Source: Isurus oxyrinchus (taxonomy: Eukaryota). Taken from it: a DNA stretch of 64,000 bases. The DNA lies in the NCBI GenBank assembly GCA_026770705.1, contig JANJGN010000016.1, positions 85,808,001-85,872,000 on the forward strand, read 5' to 3'. The position numbers and the translations under genes were made by a program. The notes beneath the pieces were generated by a model. It searched no databases. It was not told the DNA's origin and saw only the letters and a program-made list of their open reading frames with translations. Below are positions 49,801 to 63,339 of this stretch, piece after piece. Each line of letters opens with the position of its first letter. Within the stretch, counting starts at the first letter, position 1.

Positions 49801-52800
49801 CCTGGCCAACTTACCAACCACCCTACCCTCTCACACACTTAACTGGCACCCTACCCACTCATCCACTTGTCTGCCACCCTACCCCTGGGCCAACATAACA
49901 GAGACCCAACCCTCTCATACACTTAACTGGCACCCTACCCGCTCACACACTTGCCAGCCACCCTAAAACCTCACCCACTAGCCTGACACTCAACCCCCTC
50001 ACCTGCCACCCTCACCCACTTACATGACCCAGTTCCCATCATATTAGTTCCTGACAATCTACCCCTTTGCCCACTTGCCTGACACCCTAACCCTGACCCA
50101 TTTACGTGACACTCTACCCCCTCACTAAATTACCTAACACTCTACCCCCTCACCCACTTACCTGACAATCTACCCCCTCACCGACATTCATGCCACCCTA
50201 ACACCTCGCCTACTTATGAAGACACTCTACCCCCTCACCCACTTGCCTGACACTCTACCCCCTCACCCACTTACCTGACAATCTATCCCCTCACCCACGT
50301 GCCTGATACCCTACTTCCTCACACACCTCCTTGACATCTACCCACTCACCAACTTACCTGCTACACTAACGCCTCACACAATTGCCTCATACTCTACCCA
50401 CTCACCCACTTACCTGCCACCCTAGCCCCTCGCCCAATTGCCTGACACTCTATACTTTCACCCACTTTCCTGCCACCCTACTGCCTCATCCACTTGCCTG
50501 ACATTCTTCCCCCGCACCCAATGGCCTGCCACCCTACCGCTCACCCACCTACCTTACACCCTACCCCCTCAGCCACTTACCTGACATGCTAACACCTCAC
50601 TCACTTAACTGACACTCTACCCCATCGCCAACTGATGCTGCTTCATCACAAATTTACTTTACGTCTACCCCCTCACCAACTTAACCTCCACCCAACCCTC
50701 TCATCCAGTCACATGGCACTCTACCCCCTCATCCACTTAACCACCACTCTATCCCCTTGCCCACCTGCCTGCCACACTACCCACTCACCATATTGCCTGT
50801 CACCCTACTCCTCACCAACTTGCCTGACACTCTACCCCCTCACCCACTTACCAGACACCCTACGCCCTCACCCATTTGCCTGACACTCTACCCCACTCAC
50901 CCACTTACCTGACACCACCCCTTCACCCACTTCCCTGCGATGCTACAATCCTCAGCCACTTGCCTGCCCCCTACAAACACCCACCTGATTGCCAACATAC
51001 CCACTGACCCACTTGCCTGGCACCCAATACCCTCACCCACTTATCTGATAGACCATCCCCTCACCCATTTACGTGCCATCCTACCCCCTCACCCATTTAT
51101 GTGCCATCCTACCCCCTCACCCACTTTCCTGCCATCGTACCCCCTCACCCTCTTTCCTGACACCTTATCCCCTCACACACTTGTCTGCCACAAAAACCCC
51201 CTCACCCACTTACCCGCCACTCTAACCCCTTGCACACTTGGCTGACACTCTACCCCCTTACCCCCATGCAAGCCAGACTACCTCCTCAGCCATAAGCCTG
51301 CTACCCTACTTCCTCACCCACTTGCCTGACACTCCACCCCCTCACACATTTCCCTGCTGCCCTACCCCCTCACCCCCCTCCCTGACACTCTACCCCCTCA
51401 CCCCCCTCCCTGACACTCTACCCCCTCACCCACTTACAATGAAACCCTAACCTATCACCAACTTACCTGATACTCTACCCATTCTACCATTTGCCAGAGA
51501 CTCTACCCCCTCACCCATTTACCTGACACTTCACCCCCTCACTCACTTGCCTGATGCCCAACCCCCTCACCCACCTACCTGACACTTTAGCCCCTCACCC
51601 ACTTGACTGATATTCTACCCCTTCACCCACTTACATGACACACTACCCCCCTCACCCAAGTGGCTGCCCCCCTACCCCATCAATCACTTGCCAGACAATC
51701 GTCTGTTGAAGGGTCATGAGGACTCGAAACGTCAACTCTTTTCTTCTCCGCCGATGCTGCCGGACCTGCTGAGTTTTTCCAGGTAATTCTGTTTTTGTTT
51801 TGGATTTCCAGCATCCGCAGTTTTTTTGTTTTAATCTACACACTCAACCACTTTCTTGACACTCTAACCCCTCACCCACTTGCCTGCCACCCTACCCCCT
51901 AAACCACTTGCCTGCCACCCTATCCCCTCTCCCACTTGCCTACCATGCTACGCCCTCACCCAAGTGCCTGACACCCTACCCCCTCACACACTTACCTGAT
52001 ACTTTACCCTCTCGCCCAATTGCCTGACACTCTACCCACTTACTCACTTGCCTGACACTCTAACCCCTCACCCACATTGCAGATACTCTAACCCCTCACC
52101 CACATTGCAGATACTCTAACGCCTCACCCACATTGCAGATACTCTAACGCCTCACCCACGTACCTGACACCCTACCCCCTCGCCTACTTATCGAGACACT
52201 CTACCCTCTCACACACCTACCTGACACTATACCCCCTCACCCACTTACCTGACACTATACCCCCTCACCCACTTACCTGACACTATACCCCCTCACCCAC
52301 TTACCTGACACACTATTCCCTCACCCCTTGCATGCCACACTACCCGCTCGCCGTCTTGCCTGCCATGCTACGACCTCACTCACTTGTCTGATACCCTAGA
52401 CCACTCACCCACATACCTGACACTCTACCCCCTCGCCCACTTACCTGACATATTACCCCTTCACCCACTTCCCTACCCCTCAATGACTTGCCAGCCACCC
52501 TACACCTTCACCCACTTTCTTGACACTCTAGCTCCTCACCCACTTGCCTGACACCATTCCCCATCACCCACTTTCCTGACATACTACCCCCTCACCCACT
52601 TGCCTGCCAAACTAACCCCTCACCCAATTAAATGACACACTACCCCTTCCCCCACATGCCTGCCACCCTACCCCCTCACCCACTTACCTGACACTCAACC
52701 CTCTCAACCACCCACCTGGCACTCTACCCACTCGCCCAATTGTCTGACTCTTAACAATACCCCCTCAACCACTTCCCTGACAGTCAACCCCCTCACCCAC

Positions 52801-55800
52801 TAGCATGCCACCCTACCCCCTCAGCCACTTACCTGACACTCTATCCCCTCACGCACTTACCTGATACCTTGCCCGTCACACACTTACCTGACACAGTACC
52901 CCATCAACCACTTTCCTGACACACTACCCTCTCAACCACTTGCCATCCACCCTACAACCTCACCCAATTTCCTGACACTCTACCCCCTCATCCACTTACC
53001 TGACGCACTACCACCTCACCCAATTGCCTGTCACGCTACACCATCACCAAGTTGCCTGACACTTTACCCACTCACCCATTTTCCTGCAACCTTACCCCCT
53101 CACCACCTTGCCTGTCATGTGACGGCCTCACCCACCTATCTGACACTCTACTCTACACACTCACCCACTTGCCTGCCACCCCACCCCTCACCAACCTGCC
53201 TGACAACCTATCCCTGACCCATTTACCTGACACTCTCCACACTCACCCAATTACCTGACACACTACCCACTCACCAACTTGCCTGTCACCCTCCCCTCTC
53301 ACCCACCTACCTGACACACTACCCCCTCCCCTATTTGCCTGCCATAATTCCCCCTGACCCACTTGCCTGCCACCCTACCCCCTCACCCACTTACCTGACA
53401 CTCTAACCCCTATCTCACTTGCCTTACACTGAACCCTCTCACCCACTTACCTGACACCATGCCCCTCACCCAAGTACCTGGCACCCTACCCCCTCACCCA
53501 CTTAACTGCCATTCTATTCCCTCACTCATTTAGCTGACTCACTACCCCCTCACCCACTAAACTGACACTCTAACCCCTCACCCACTAAACTGATACTCTA
53601 ACCCCTCACCCACTTACCAGATACTCTACTCTCTCTACCACTTACCTGACACTCTACTCCCTCGCAGACAAACCTGACACTCTATCCCCTCACCCACTTG
53701 ATGCCCCATTCCCTCACCCACTTACCAGATACTCTACTCTCTTTACCACTTACCTGACACTCTACCCTCTCGCCCACTCACCTGCCACCCTAACCCCTCA
53801 CCCACTTCCCTGACAATCTAACCCCTCACCCATGTGCCTGCCACCCTACACCCTCCCTCATTTACCTGACACCCTACCCCCTCACCTAAATGCATGACAC
53901 TCTACCCACTAACCCACCTATCTGACAATCTATCCCCTCACCCACTTGACTGCCACTCTGACACTTCATCCACTTACCTGCCACTCTACCCACTCACCCA
54001 CTTGCCTGCCAGTCTATCCCCTGGCCAACTTACCAACCATCCTACCCCCTCACCCACTTACCTGGCACCCTACCCCCCTCACCCACTTACCTGGCACCCT
54101 ACCCACTCACCCACTTGCCTGCCACCCTACCCCCTGGACAACTTACCAACCACCCTGCCCTCTCACATATTTACATGGCACCCTACCCCCTCACCTACTT
54201 ACCCGCCATTGTATCCCCTCGCCGACTTGCCTGTCACATTACTCCCTCACCCACTTCAGTGCCACTCTGACACCTCATCCTCTTTCCTGCCACTCTACCC
54301 ACTCACCCACCTGTCTGCCACCCTACCCCCGGGCCAACTTAACAGCCACCCTACCCTCTCACACACTTAAATGGCACCCTACCCGCTCACACACTTGCCA
54401 GCCACCCTACCACCTCACCCACTTGCCTGACACTCAACACCCTCACCTGCCACCCTCACCCACTTACATGACCCAGTATCCATCATATTAGTTCCTGACA
54501 ATTTACCCCTTTGCCCACTTGCCTGACACCCGACCCTTTCGCCTGCCACCCTAACCCTGACCCATTTACCTGACACTCTACCCCCTCACCAAATTACCTA
54601 ACACTCTACCCCCTCACCAAGTTATCTGACAATCTACCCCCTCACCCCCTTGCCAGCCACCCAATCTCCTCACCCACTTACCTGACATGCAAGCCCCTCA
54701 CCTACCTTTCTGACACCCTACCACCTCACTCATTTGCCTGACGCCTTATCCCTCACCCACTTGCCTGCCACCCTAATCTCTCACCCACTTGCCTGTCATG
54801 TTACGGCCTCACCCACATATCTCATACTCTACTCTACCCCCTCACTCACTTGCCTGCCACCCCACCCCCTCACCAACCTGCCTGCCAACCTAACCCTGAC
54901 CCATTTACCTGACACTCCACCCCCTCACCCAATTACCTGACACCCAAACCCCCATCCACTTACATGCCACTCTACTCCCTCATCCACTTAACACCACTCT
55001 ATCTCTTGCCCACTTGCCTGCCACACTACACCCTCACCATATTGCCTGTCACCCTACTCCTCAACAACTTGCCTGCCTCTCTACCACCTCACCCACTTTC
55101 CTCTCATGCTATGCCCTCACCCACTTGCCTGAAACTCTACCCCTCACCCATTTTCCTGCCACCCTACCCCCTCACCCACTTGTCTGTCATGCTACACCCT
55201 CACCTACCTATCTGACACTCTACCCCTCACCCACTTGCGTGCCAACCCACCCCCTCACCAACCTGCCTGCCAACCTAACCCTGACCCATTTACCTGACAC
55301 TCTACCCCCTCACCCAATTACCTGACATTCTATCCCCTCACCAAGCTGTCTGTCACCCTCCCCTCTCATCCACTTACCTAACCCACTAACCCCCTCATGC
55401 ACTTACCTGACACTATACCAACTCACCCACTTACCTGACACACTACCCCCTCTCCCACTTGCCTGCCCCCCGACCCACTTGCCTGCCACCCTAACTCCTC
55501 ACCCACTTACCTGAAACTCAAGCCCCTCACCCGCTTGCCTGCCACCCTAACTCCTCACCCACTTACCTGACATTCTATTCTCTATCCCATTTGCCTTACA
55601 CTGAACCCTCTCACCCACTTACCTGTCACCATGCCCCTCACCCAACTACATGACACCCTACCCCCTCACCCACTTACCTGATACTCTATCCCCTCACATA
55701 CTTACCTGACACTCTAGCCCCTCACCCATTTTCCTGTCGCCCTACCCCCGCATCCACCTATCTGACACTCTACCCACTCAACTACCCACCTGGCACTCTA

Positions 55801-58800
55801 CCCACTCGCCCAATTGCCTGACTCTTAACTGCTCAACCACTTACCTGACACTCAACCCCCTCACCCACTTGTGTGCCACCCTAACCCCTCATCCACTTAC
55901 CTGACAATCTATCCCCTCACAGACTTACCTGTTACTCTGTCCCTCACCCATTACCTGACACACTACCCAGTAAACCAATTGCCTGACTCCCTACCCTCTC
56001 AACCACTTGCCACCCACTCTATACCCTCACATAATTTCCTGACACTCTACCCCCTCATCTACTTGCCTGCCAACCTACCCCCTTACCCATTTGACTGCCA
56101 CCCTACTCCCTCACTCACTTGCCTGCTACACGAACCCCTCAAACATTTGCCAGCCATTCTAACCCCTCACCCACTTGACTGCCACCCTATCACCTCACCC
56201 ACTTACCTGTCACACTACCCCCTCACCCACTTGCCTGCCATCCTACCCTCTCACCCACTTGCCTGTCATGCTACACCTTCACAGACTTGTCTGTCATGCT
56301 ACGGCCTCACCCACCTATCTGACACTCTACTCTAACCCCTCACCCACTTGCCTGCCACCCCACCCCCTAAACAACCTGCTTGCCAACCTAACCCTCACCC
56401 ATTTACCTGACACTCTCCACACTCACCCAATTACCTGACACACTACCCACTCACCAACTTGCCTGTCACCCTCCCCTCTCACCCACCTACCTGACACTAG
56501 CCCCTCCCACACTTGCCTGCCATAATTCCCCCTGACCCACTTGCCTGCCACCCTACCCCCTCACCCACTTGCCTGCCACCCCACCCCCTAAACAACCTGC
56601 TTGCCAACCTAACCCTGACCCAATTACCTGACACACTACCCACTCACCAACTTGCCTGTCACCCTCCCCTCTCACCCACCTACCTGACACACTACCCCCT
56701 CCCCTATTTGCCTGCCATAATTCCCCCCTGACCCACTTGCCTGCCACCCTACCCCCTCACCCACTTACCTGACACTCTATCCCCTATCTCACTTGCCTTA
56801 CACTGAATCCTCTCATGCACTTACCTGACACTTTGCCCCTCACCCAAGTACCTGGCACCCTACCCCCTCACCCACTTACCTGACACTCTATCTCCTCACA
56901 TACTTGCCTGACACTCTACCCCCTCACCAATTTTCCTGTCGCCCTACCCCCTCATCCACCTACCTGACACTCTACCCCCTCAACCACCCACCTGGCACTC
57001 TACCCACTCACCCAATTGCCTGACTCTTAACCTCTCAACCACTTACCAGCCACCGTACAACCTAACACAATTTCCTGACACTCTACCCCTCTCCCACTTG
57101 CCTGCAACACTACGCCCCCCATCCACTTGCCTGACACCCAACCCCCTCACCCACTTTCCTGCCCCCTACTGCCTCATCCACTTGCCTGACAATCTACCCC
57201 ATCACCCAATGGCCTGTCACCCTACCCATCACCCACATACCTGATACTCTACCCCCTTATCCTCTTACCTGACACTCTACCACTTCAACAACTTACCTGA
57301 CACGCTAATACCTCACACACTAAACTTACACTTTACCTCCTCACCCACTTACCTGACAATCTACCCCCTCGCCCACTTGCCTAACACTCTACCTACTCAG
57401 CCACTTGCCTGCCACCCCACCCCATGGCTAACTCACCTGTCACCTTACCCACTCACACAATTTCTTGACACACTACCCATTCACCCAATTACCTGACACC
57501 TCCCCCCTCATCCACTTACCTAACTCACTACCCCCTCACCCACTTACCTAACTCACTACCCCCCTCACCCACTTACCTAACTCACTACCCGCTCACCCAA
57601 TTACCTGACACCCTCCCCACTCATCCACTTACCTAACTCACTACCCCCTCACCCACTTAACTGAAACTCTAACCCCTCCACCACTTGCCTGATACTCTAC
57701 CCCCTCCCCCTCTTGCCTGACACCCTACCCACTCAACCACTTGTCACCCACCCTACACCCTCACCCACTTTCCTGAAACTTTAACCCCTCACCCACTTGC
57801 CTGCCATCCTATCGCCTCACCCACTTACCTGACACACTAGCCCGTCACTCCCTAACCTGACACGCTACTCCTTCACACACTTCCCTGAACATTACCCCCT
57901 CACCCACTTGCCTGAAACTCTACCCCATTGCCCACTTACCTGACACTCATCCCTCCCTCCCACTTGCCTGACTCTCTACCCCCTTGCTCACTTGCCTGAC
58001 ACTCTAATCCCTCACCACTTACTTGACACTCTACCCCCTCACCCACATTCATGCCGCCCTACACCCTCGCATACTTATCGAGACACACTACCCTGTCACA
58101 CACTTTCCTGTCACCCGACCCTATCACCCACTTACCTGAATATCTACCCCCTCACCTATCTGCCTGACAATCGATCCATTCACCCACTTGCCTGCTACAC
58201 TACCCCATCACAAACTTACCTGTCAACATACCCCCTCACACACTTACCTGACACATGACCCCTTCAACCACTTGCCAGCCACCCTACAACCTAACCCAAT
58301 GTCCTGACACTCTGCCCCCTCTCCCACTTGCCTGCCACCCCACCACCTGATCCACATTCCTGCCACCCTACTGCCTCATCCACTTGCCTGACATTCTACC
58401 CCCTCACCCACTTACCTGATAATCTACCCCCTCGCCCACTTTCCTGACACACTACTTCCTCATAAATGTACTTGACATATACCCCCTCACCCACTTTCCT
58501 GATAATCTACCCCCTCATCCACTTACCTGCCACTCCGCCCCCTCACCAATTGCCTGACACTCTACCTCATCTCTCACTTGCCTGTCACCCTACTTACTCA
58601 CCAACTTGTCTGTCACTCTTCCACCTCACCCACTTGCCTGACACCCTACCCCCTCAGCAGCTTACCTGACACAGTACACCCTCACCTTCGTTCCTGACAA
58701 TCTACCCCCTCACCCACTTGCCTGACATACTACCCACCCACCCAGTTGCCTGTCCTGCTACGCCCTCACCCATTTGCTTGACACACTACCCCCTCACCCA

Positions 58801-59456
58801 CCCACCTTACATTCTACCCCCTCCCCCACCCACCTAACACTCTAACCCCTCACCCACTTACCTGACACTCTGCCCCTTCACCCACTTGCCTGACAACCTA
58901 CCCCTCACCCACTTACCTGCCAATCTACCCTCTACCCACTTGACTGCCACCCCATCCCCTCACCCATTTGCCTGCCATTCTACCCCTAGCCACTTGCCTG
59001 CCACCCTATCACCTCACCTACTTACCTGTCACACAACCCCATTACTCCCTAACCTGACACTCTACCCCCTCACCCACTTACCTGACACTCTACACCCTCA
59101 CCCACTTACCTGACACTTTACCCCCTCATCGACTTACCTGACACTTTACCCCCTCATCGACTTACCTGACACTCTAACCCCTCACCCACTTACTTGACAC
59201 TCTACCCCCTCACCCACTTACCTGCCACTCTACCCCCTCACCCACTTACCTGACACTTTACCCACTCACCCACTTACCTGACACTCTACCCCCTCACCCA
59301 CTTACTTGACACTCTACCCCCTCACAAACTTACATGACACTCTACCCCCTCACCCACCTACCTGACACTCTACCCCCTCACCCATTTACCTGACACTCTA
59401 TCCACTCACCCACTTACTTGACACTCTACACCCTCGCACACTTACTTGACACTCTA
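43900..59456 (+). repeat. ~15.5-kb C-rich 28-bp satellite CCCCCTCACCCACTTACCTGACACTCTA (diverged, with internal segmental duplications)
   Basis: Period 28 (TACCTG at 47521 and 47549). Homogeneous cores at ~47000-47780 and ~59050-59450. Confidence 0.97.
51701..51832 (+). mobile_element. Short Penelope-like 3' fragment with a variant minimal hammerhead motif, inserted in the satellite
   Basis: CTGTTGA-A-GGGTC-atgag-GACTC-GAAA-CG-TC, then GATGCTGCCGGACCTGCTGAGTTTTTCCAG. Flanked by AATC/AATC. Homologous to 59795-59890. Confidence 0.85.
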
Positions 59457-59790
59457 CAGCGCAGGTGAATATAGAAATAGGAGGTTAGTCCAGATGAACG
59501 TGTGGATGGAGAGGTGGAGCAGGAGGGAAGGTTTTAGATTTATGGGACATTGGGATGGTTTCTGGGTCGATGGGACCTGTAACAAGGTGGATGGGTTGCA
59601 CCTGAACCGAAATGGGACCAACATCCCTGCGGGAGTTTTGCTAGTGCTGTTGGGGAGGGTTTAAACTAACTTGGCAGGGGGTTGGGATCCTGAGATTAGA
59701 TTCAGCAGGGGGAGGTGCACTGCCAAATTTCGAAGAGAGAGCAAGTGAGTCACGAAGGCATAGAAATTATAGGCCAGTTAAGACACAAGG
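59457..59790 (+). mobile_element. CR1 ORF1 (SGNH esterase) fragment
   Basis: RRLVQMNVWMERWSRREGFRFMGHWDGFW...DGLHLNRNGTNI. Confidence 0.85.
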
Positions 59791-60850
59791 GACAAAAACA
59801 TAAATACCTGGAAAAACTCAGCAGGTCTGACAGCATCTGCAGAGAGGAATACAGTTAACGTTTCAAGTCCACATGACTCTTCATCAGAGCTAACGAAATA
59901 GAGAAATGAGGTGAAATATAAGCTGGTAGAGGGGATGGGGGGCACAGGTAGAGCTGGATAGGGGGCCAGTGATAGGCAGAGGCAAAGAAGAGATTGCCAA
60001 AGATGTCATAGACAAAAGGACAAAGGGGGGTTGATGTTGGTGTTATTACCTAAGGAATGTGCTAATGGGGACATTAAGAGTAGCAAGCAGGACAAGCTAG
60101 TGGCAGATGGCCCTAGTGGGGGTGGGGTGTGGGGAGGGGATGGAAATGGGCTCAAAGGTGGAGATAAAACAATAGATCGAAATAAATTTAAAAATAGGTG
60201 GGAAAAGAAAAATATAAACTTTTTTAACTTATAAATTATTGGAAAAAGGGGGATAGGAAAGCGGGTGAGGATGGAGGAGAGAGTTCATGATCTGAAATTG
60301 TTGAACTCAATATTCAGTCCGAAAGGCTGTAAAGTGCCTGGTCGGAAGACGAGGTGCTGTTCCTCCAGTTTGTGTTGGGCTTCACTGGAACATTGCAGCA
60401 GGCCAAGGATGGACATGTGGACATGAGAGCAGGGTGGTGTGTTGAAATGGCAAGCGACAGGGAGGTCTGGGTCATGTCTGCTGACAGACCGAAGGTTTTC
60501 TGCAAAGCGGTCACCCAGTCTGCGTTTGGTCTCTCCAATGTAGAGGAGACCGCATTGGGAGCAGGGAATGCAGGAGACCAAATTGAGGGAAGTGCAAGTA
60601 AAATGCTGCTTCACTTGAAAGGAATGTTTGGGCGCTTGGACAGTGAGGAGGGGGGAAGTAAAGGGGCAGGTGATGCACCTTCTGTGGTTACATGGGACGG
60701 TGCCGTGTGAGGGGATTGAGGTGTGGGGGGTGATTGAAAAGTGGACCAGGGTGTCCCAGAGGGAATGATCCCTACGGAATGCCGCCGTGGTGGGGGGGTG
60801 AAGGGAAGATGTGTTAGGTGCTGGAGTTGGTGGAAATGGCGGAGGAACGG
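59790..60850 (-). mobile_element. Penelope-like element 3' part: GIY-YIG endonuclease (stop at 60285) and 3' UTR
   Basis: C..C..C, F.VKQHFTCTS.NLV..I.CSQCGLLYIGETKRRLGDRFAE...VACHFN...LEEQHLVFR.GTLQP.GLNIEF. Confidence 0.93.
59852..59892 (-). ncRNA. Minimal type I hammerhead ribozyme motif (Penelope-associated)
   Basis: Minus strand TAGCT-CTGATGA-A-GAGTC-atgtg-GACTT-GAAA-CG-TT-AACTG: intact core, stem II, palindromic ACGT stem III, imperfect stem I. Confidence 0.7.
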
Positions 60851-61185
60851 TGATATATTTCCAAGTCAGGATGGCGAGCGACTTGTAGGGGAACTTCCAG
60901 ATGGTGATGCGCCCATCTATCTGGTGCTCATGTCCTTCTAAATGGTCATGGGTTTGGAAGGTGCTGCTCACGCAGCCTTGGTGAGTTTCTGCAGTACATC
61001 TTGTAGATGGTACACACTGCTGCTACTGTGCGTCGGTGTTGGAGGGAGTGAATGTTTGTGGAAGGGGTGCCAATCAGGCGGCTGCTTTGTCCGGGATGGA
61101 GTCCAGCTTCTTGAGTATTGTTGGAGTTCCAATCATCCAGGCAAGTGGAGAGTCTTCCATCAAACTCCTGACTCTGCCTTGTAGA
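60850..61185 (-). mobile_element. LINE 3' RT fragment, same family as 38900-39870
   Basis: GTCCAGCTTCTTGAGT...ATCCAGGCAAGTGGAGAGT...TTGTAGAT matches ~38907-38995. Confidence 0.75.
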
Positions 61186-61849
61186 TTATAAATTCACCTT
61201 TTCCATTGGTTTAGGCTGTGAATCACCTCGTGTGACCCCACCTCTGGAAGGAGAGCCATGTGGGCTAAAGACAAATATCCATCCCTTGTTTCCTGGGAGA
61301 CCAGAGTTTATATTTCACTGTGAACTTTTTAACCATTCCTTCAAACCTGGGGCTGCTGAATCCAGACTCTGAGGCAACGGAAAGTCAGAAAAGAATGAAG
61401 TGTATTTTCCCACCAGTAACTGTCTCCCTGTAACGTACCCCAACAGCCTTGACTGCCGAGTGTCTCACCAACAGAAATTCACCCTGAACCATTCAATTTA
61501 AAATGTGCTCAACAATAAAATCCATTGATGTTACAGACCAACAACAACCCTAAACATTAGGAGAATTATCAAAATTTACCATAAATAGAATTTGTAGTTG
61601 GGCATTCACTCTTCACTCGGAACACTGGAGTTGTTCCAGCTGGTGGGATCATGCTGTGCACTCTGTGCTGACTGCTGGGTAATGCCTGAAATGAGCTCGG
61701 GGAAATCTCAGGTCTCGAGGACACAGTCACAATGTTCATTTCTCTCTCCTTAACCCGGGGTTCATGATAACAGCACAAAAGTGACCCGAGTGAGGACTCA
61801 GATTACAGAGAGGAGCAGTCAGGATATCACAATGTACATGACCCTGTGT

Positions 61850-62560
61850 GTGCGTGTGACTGTGACCCAGTACTGTCTGTAGGTGTGTGTCTCTGTGTGT
61901 GGGTGTGTTACCCAGTACTGTCTGTAGGTGTGTGTCTCTGAGTGTTGGTGTGTTACCCAGTACTGTCTGTAGGTGTGTGTCTCTGAGTGTGGGTGTGACT
62001 GTTACCCAGTACTGCCTGTAGGTGTGTGTCTCTGAGTGTGGGTGTGTTACCCAGTACTGTCTGTAGGTGTGTGTCTCTGAGTGTGGGTGTGACTGTTACC
62101 CAGTACTGTCTGTAGGTGTGTGTCTCTGAGAGTGGGTGTGTTACCCAGTACTGCCTGTAGGTGTGTGTCTCTGAGTGTGGGTGTGTTACCCAATACTGTC
62201 TGTAGGTGTGTGTCTCTGTGTGTGAGTGTGTTACCCAGTACTGTCTGTAGGTGTGTGTCTCTGAGTGTGGGTGTGACTGTTACCCAGTACTGTCTGTAGG
62301 TGTGTGTCTCTGAGTGTGGGTGTGACTGTTACCCAGTACTGCCTGTAGGTGTGTGTCTCTGAGTGTGGGTGTGTTACCCAGTACTGTCTGTAGGTGTGTG
62401 TCTCTGAGTGTGGGTGTGACTGTTACCCAGTACTGCCTGTAGGTGTGTGTCTCTGAGAGTGGGTGTGTTACCCAGTACTGTCTGTAGGTGTGTGTCTCTG
62501 TGTGTGGGTGTGTTACCCAGTACTGTCTGTAGGTGTGTGTCTCTGTGTGTGGGTGTGTTA
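61850..62560 (+). repeat. 45/49-bp minisatellite GTTACCCAGTACTGTCTGTAGGTGTGTGTCTCTGAGTGTGGGTGT(GACT)
   Basis: Direct reading. Confidence 0.95.
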
Positions 62561-62790
62561 CTCCTATCATGTGCAATAGCCTTTTATGTGACACCTTATC
62601 AAATGCCTCCTGGAAATCCAAATACACGACATCTACCGGTTTCCCTTTATCAACTCTGCTTGTTACATCCTCAAAGAACTCTAGCGAATTTGTCAAACCT
62701 GATTTCCCTTCACAAAACCATGTTGTCTCTGTTTGATTGCTTTAAGCTTGTCTAAATGTCCTGCTAATTCTTCCTTAATAATGGACTCTA
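62561..62790 (-). mobile_element. CR1 RT fragment
   Basis: QHGFVKG; TNSLEFFEDVTSRVDKGKPVDVVYLDFQEAFDKVSH. Confidence 0.88.
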
Positions 62791-63339
62791 GCTCTGCCTT
62801 AACGGTCACCGGTAGGACCACCCACCCTTCCCCTACCCCCACTAAAACCCCAGCCATGAAAGAGCTTTCACAAAGGGGGTTGGATCTGAATGAGTGCTGG
62901 AAGGTGATATCAGCCTGAGTCAGGGCCCTGTCAAACTCGATCCTTTGGATTAGAGCACAGCCCGAACTTACTCTACTGGAATAACGTGGATCAGGAAGAT
63001 GTGCCAAGCCTGAACCTATCAGCTGCGAGGCCTGGAGGTCTTTGGGGCATGAGGCATATGCACTTTGGACGTAGCCCATTTACAGTTGGATCCTTCTGAG
63101 CTTTGCACTTTCCTACGAGAGGGGCAAAGGGTCATTGGAATCCAATCCAATCATGGCGTCAATCCTTCATTGGTTCTCACAGGAATGTGCACCATGGGTG
63201 AAGGTGCCTGTTCATGGTTCCACTCTCTTTACCCCCCGGCAAGTTAAACCAACTCCCTTCAACTTATTGTTAGCTTAAAGCCTCGACTAAAAGAGATTCT
63301 AAGCATTAAAGTAACATAGTCTGAGACTGGGCCTCCCCC

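Noticed and set aside
43900-59456. U1 snRNA genes, telomeric repeat, or Pro/His/Thr-rich proteins
   Set aside because: The U1 match stops after 9-12 nt, there are no (CCCTAA)n runs, and the ORFs are repeat artefacts.
60285-60971. 228-aa ORF as one intact protein
   Set aside because: Chimeric: the first ~40 codons come from an adjacent LINE fragment and the rest is truncated Penelope GIY-YIG.
62790-63300. Possible L1/Tx1 3' remnant
   Set aside because: Only a faint resemblance (CWKVIS); too degenerate to call without a search.
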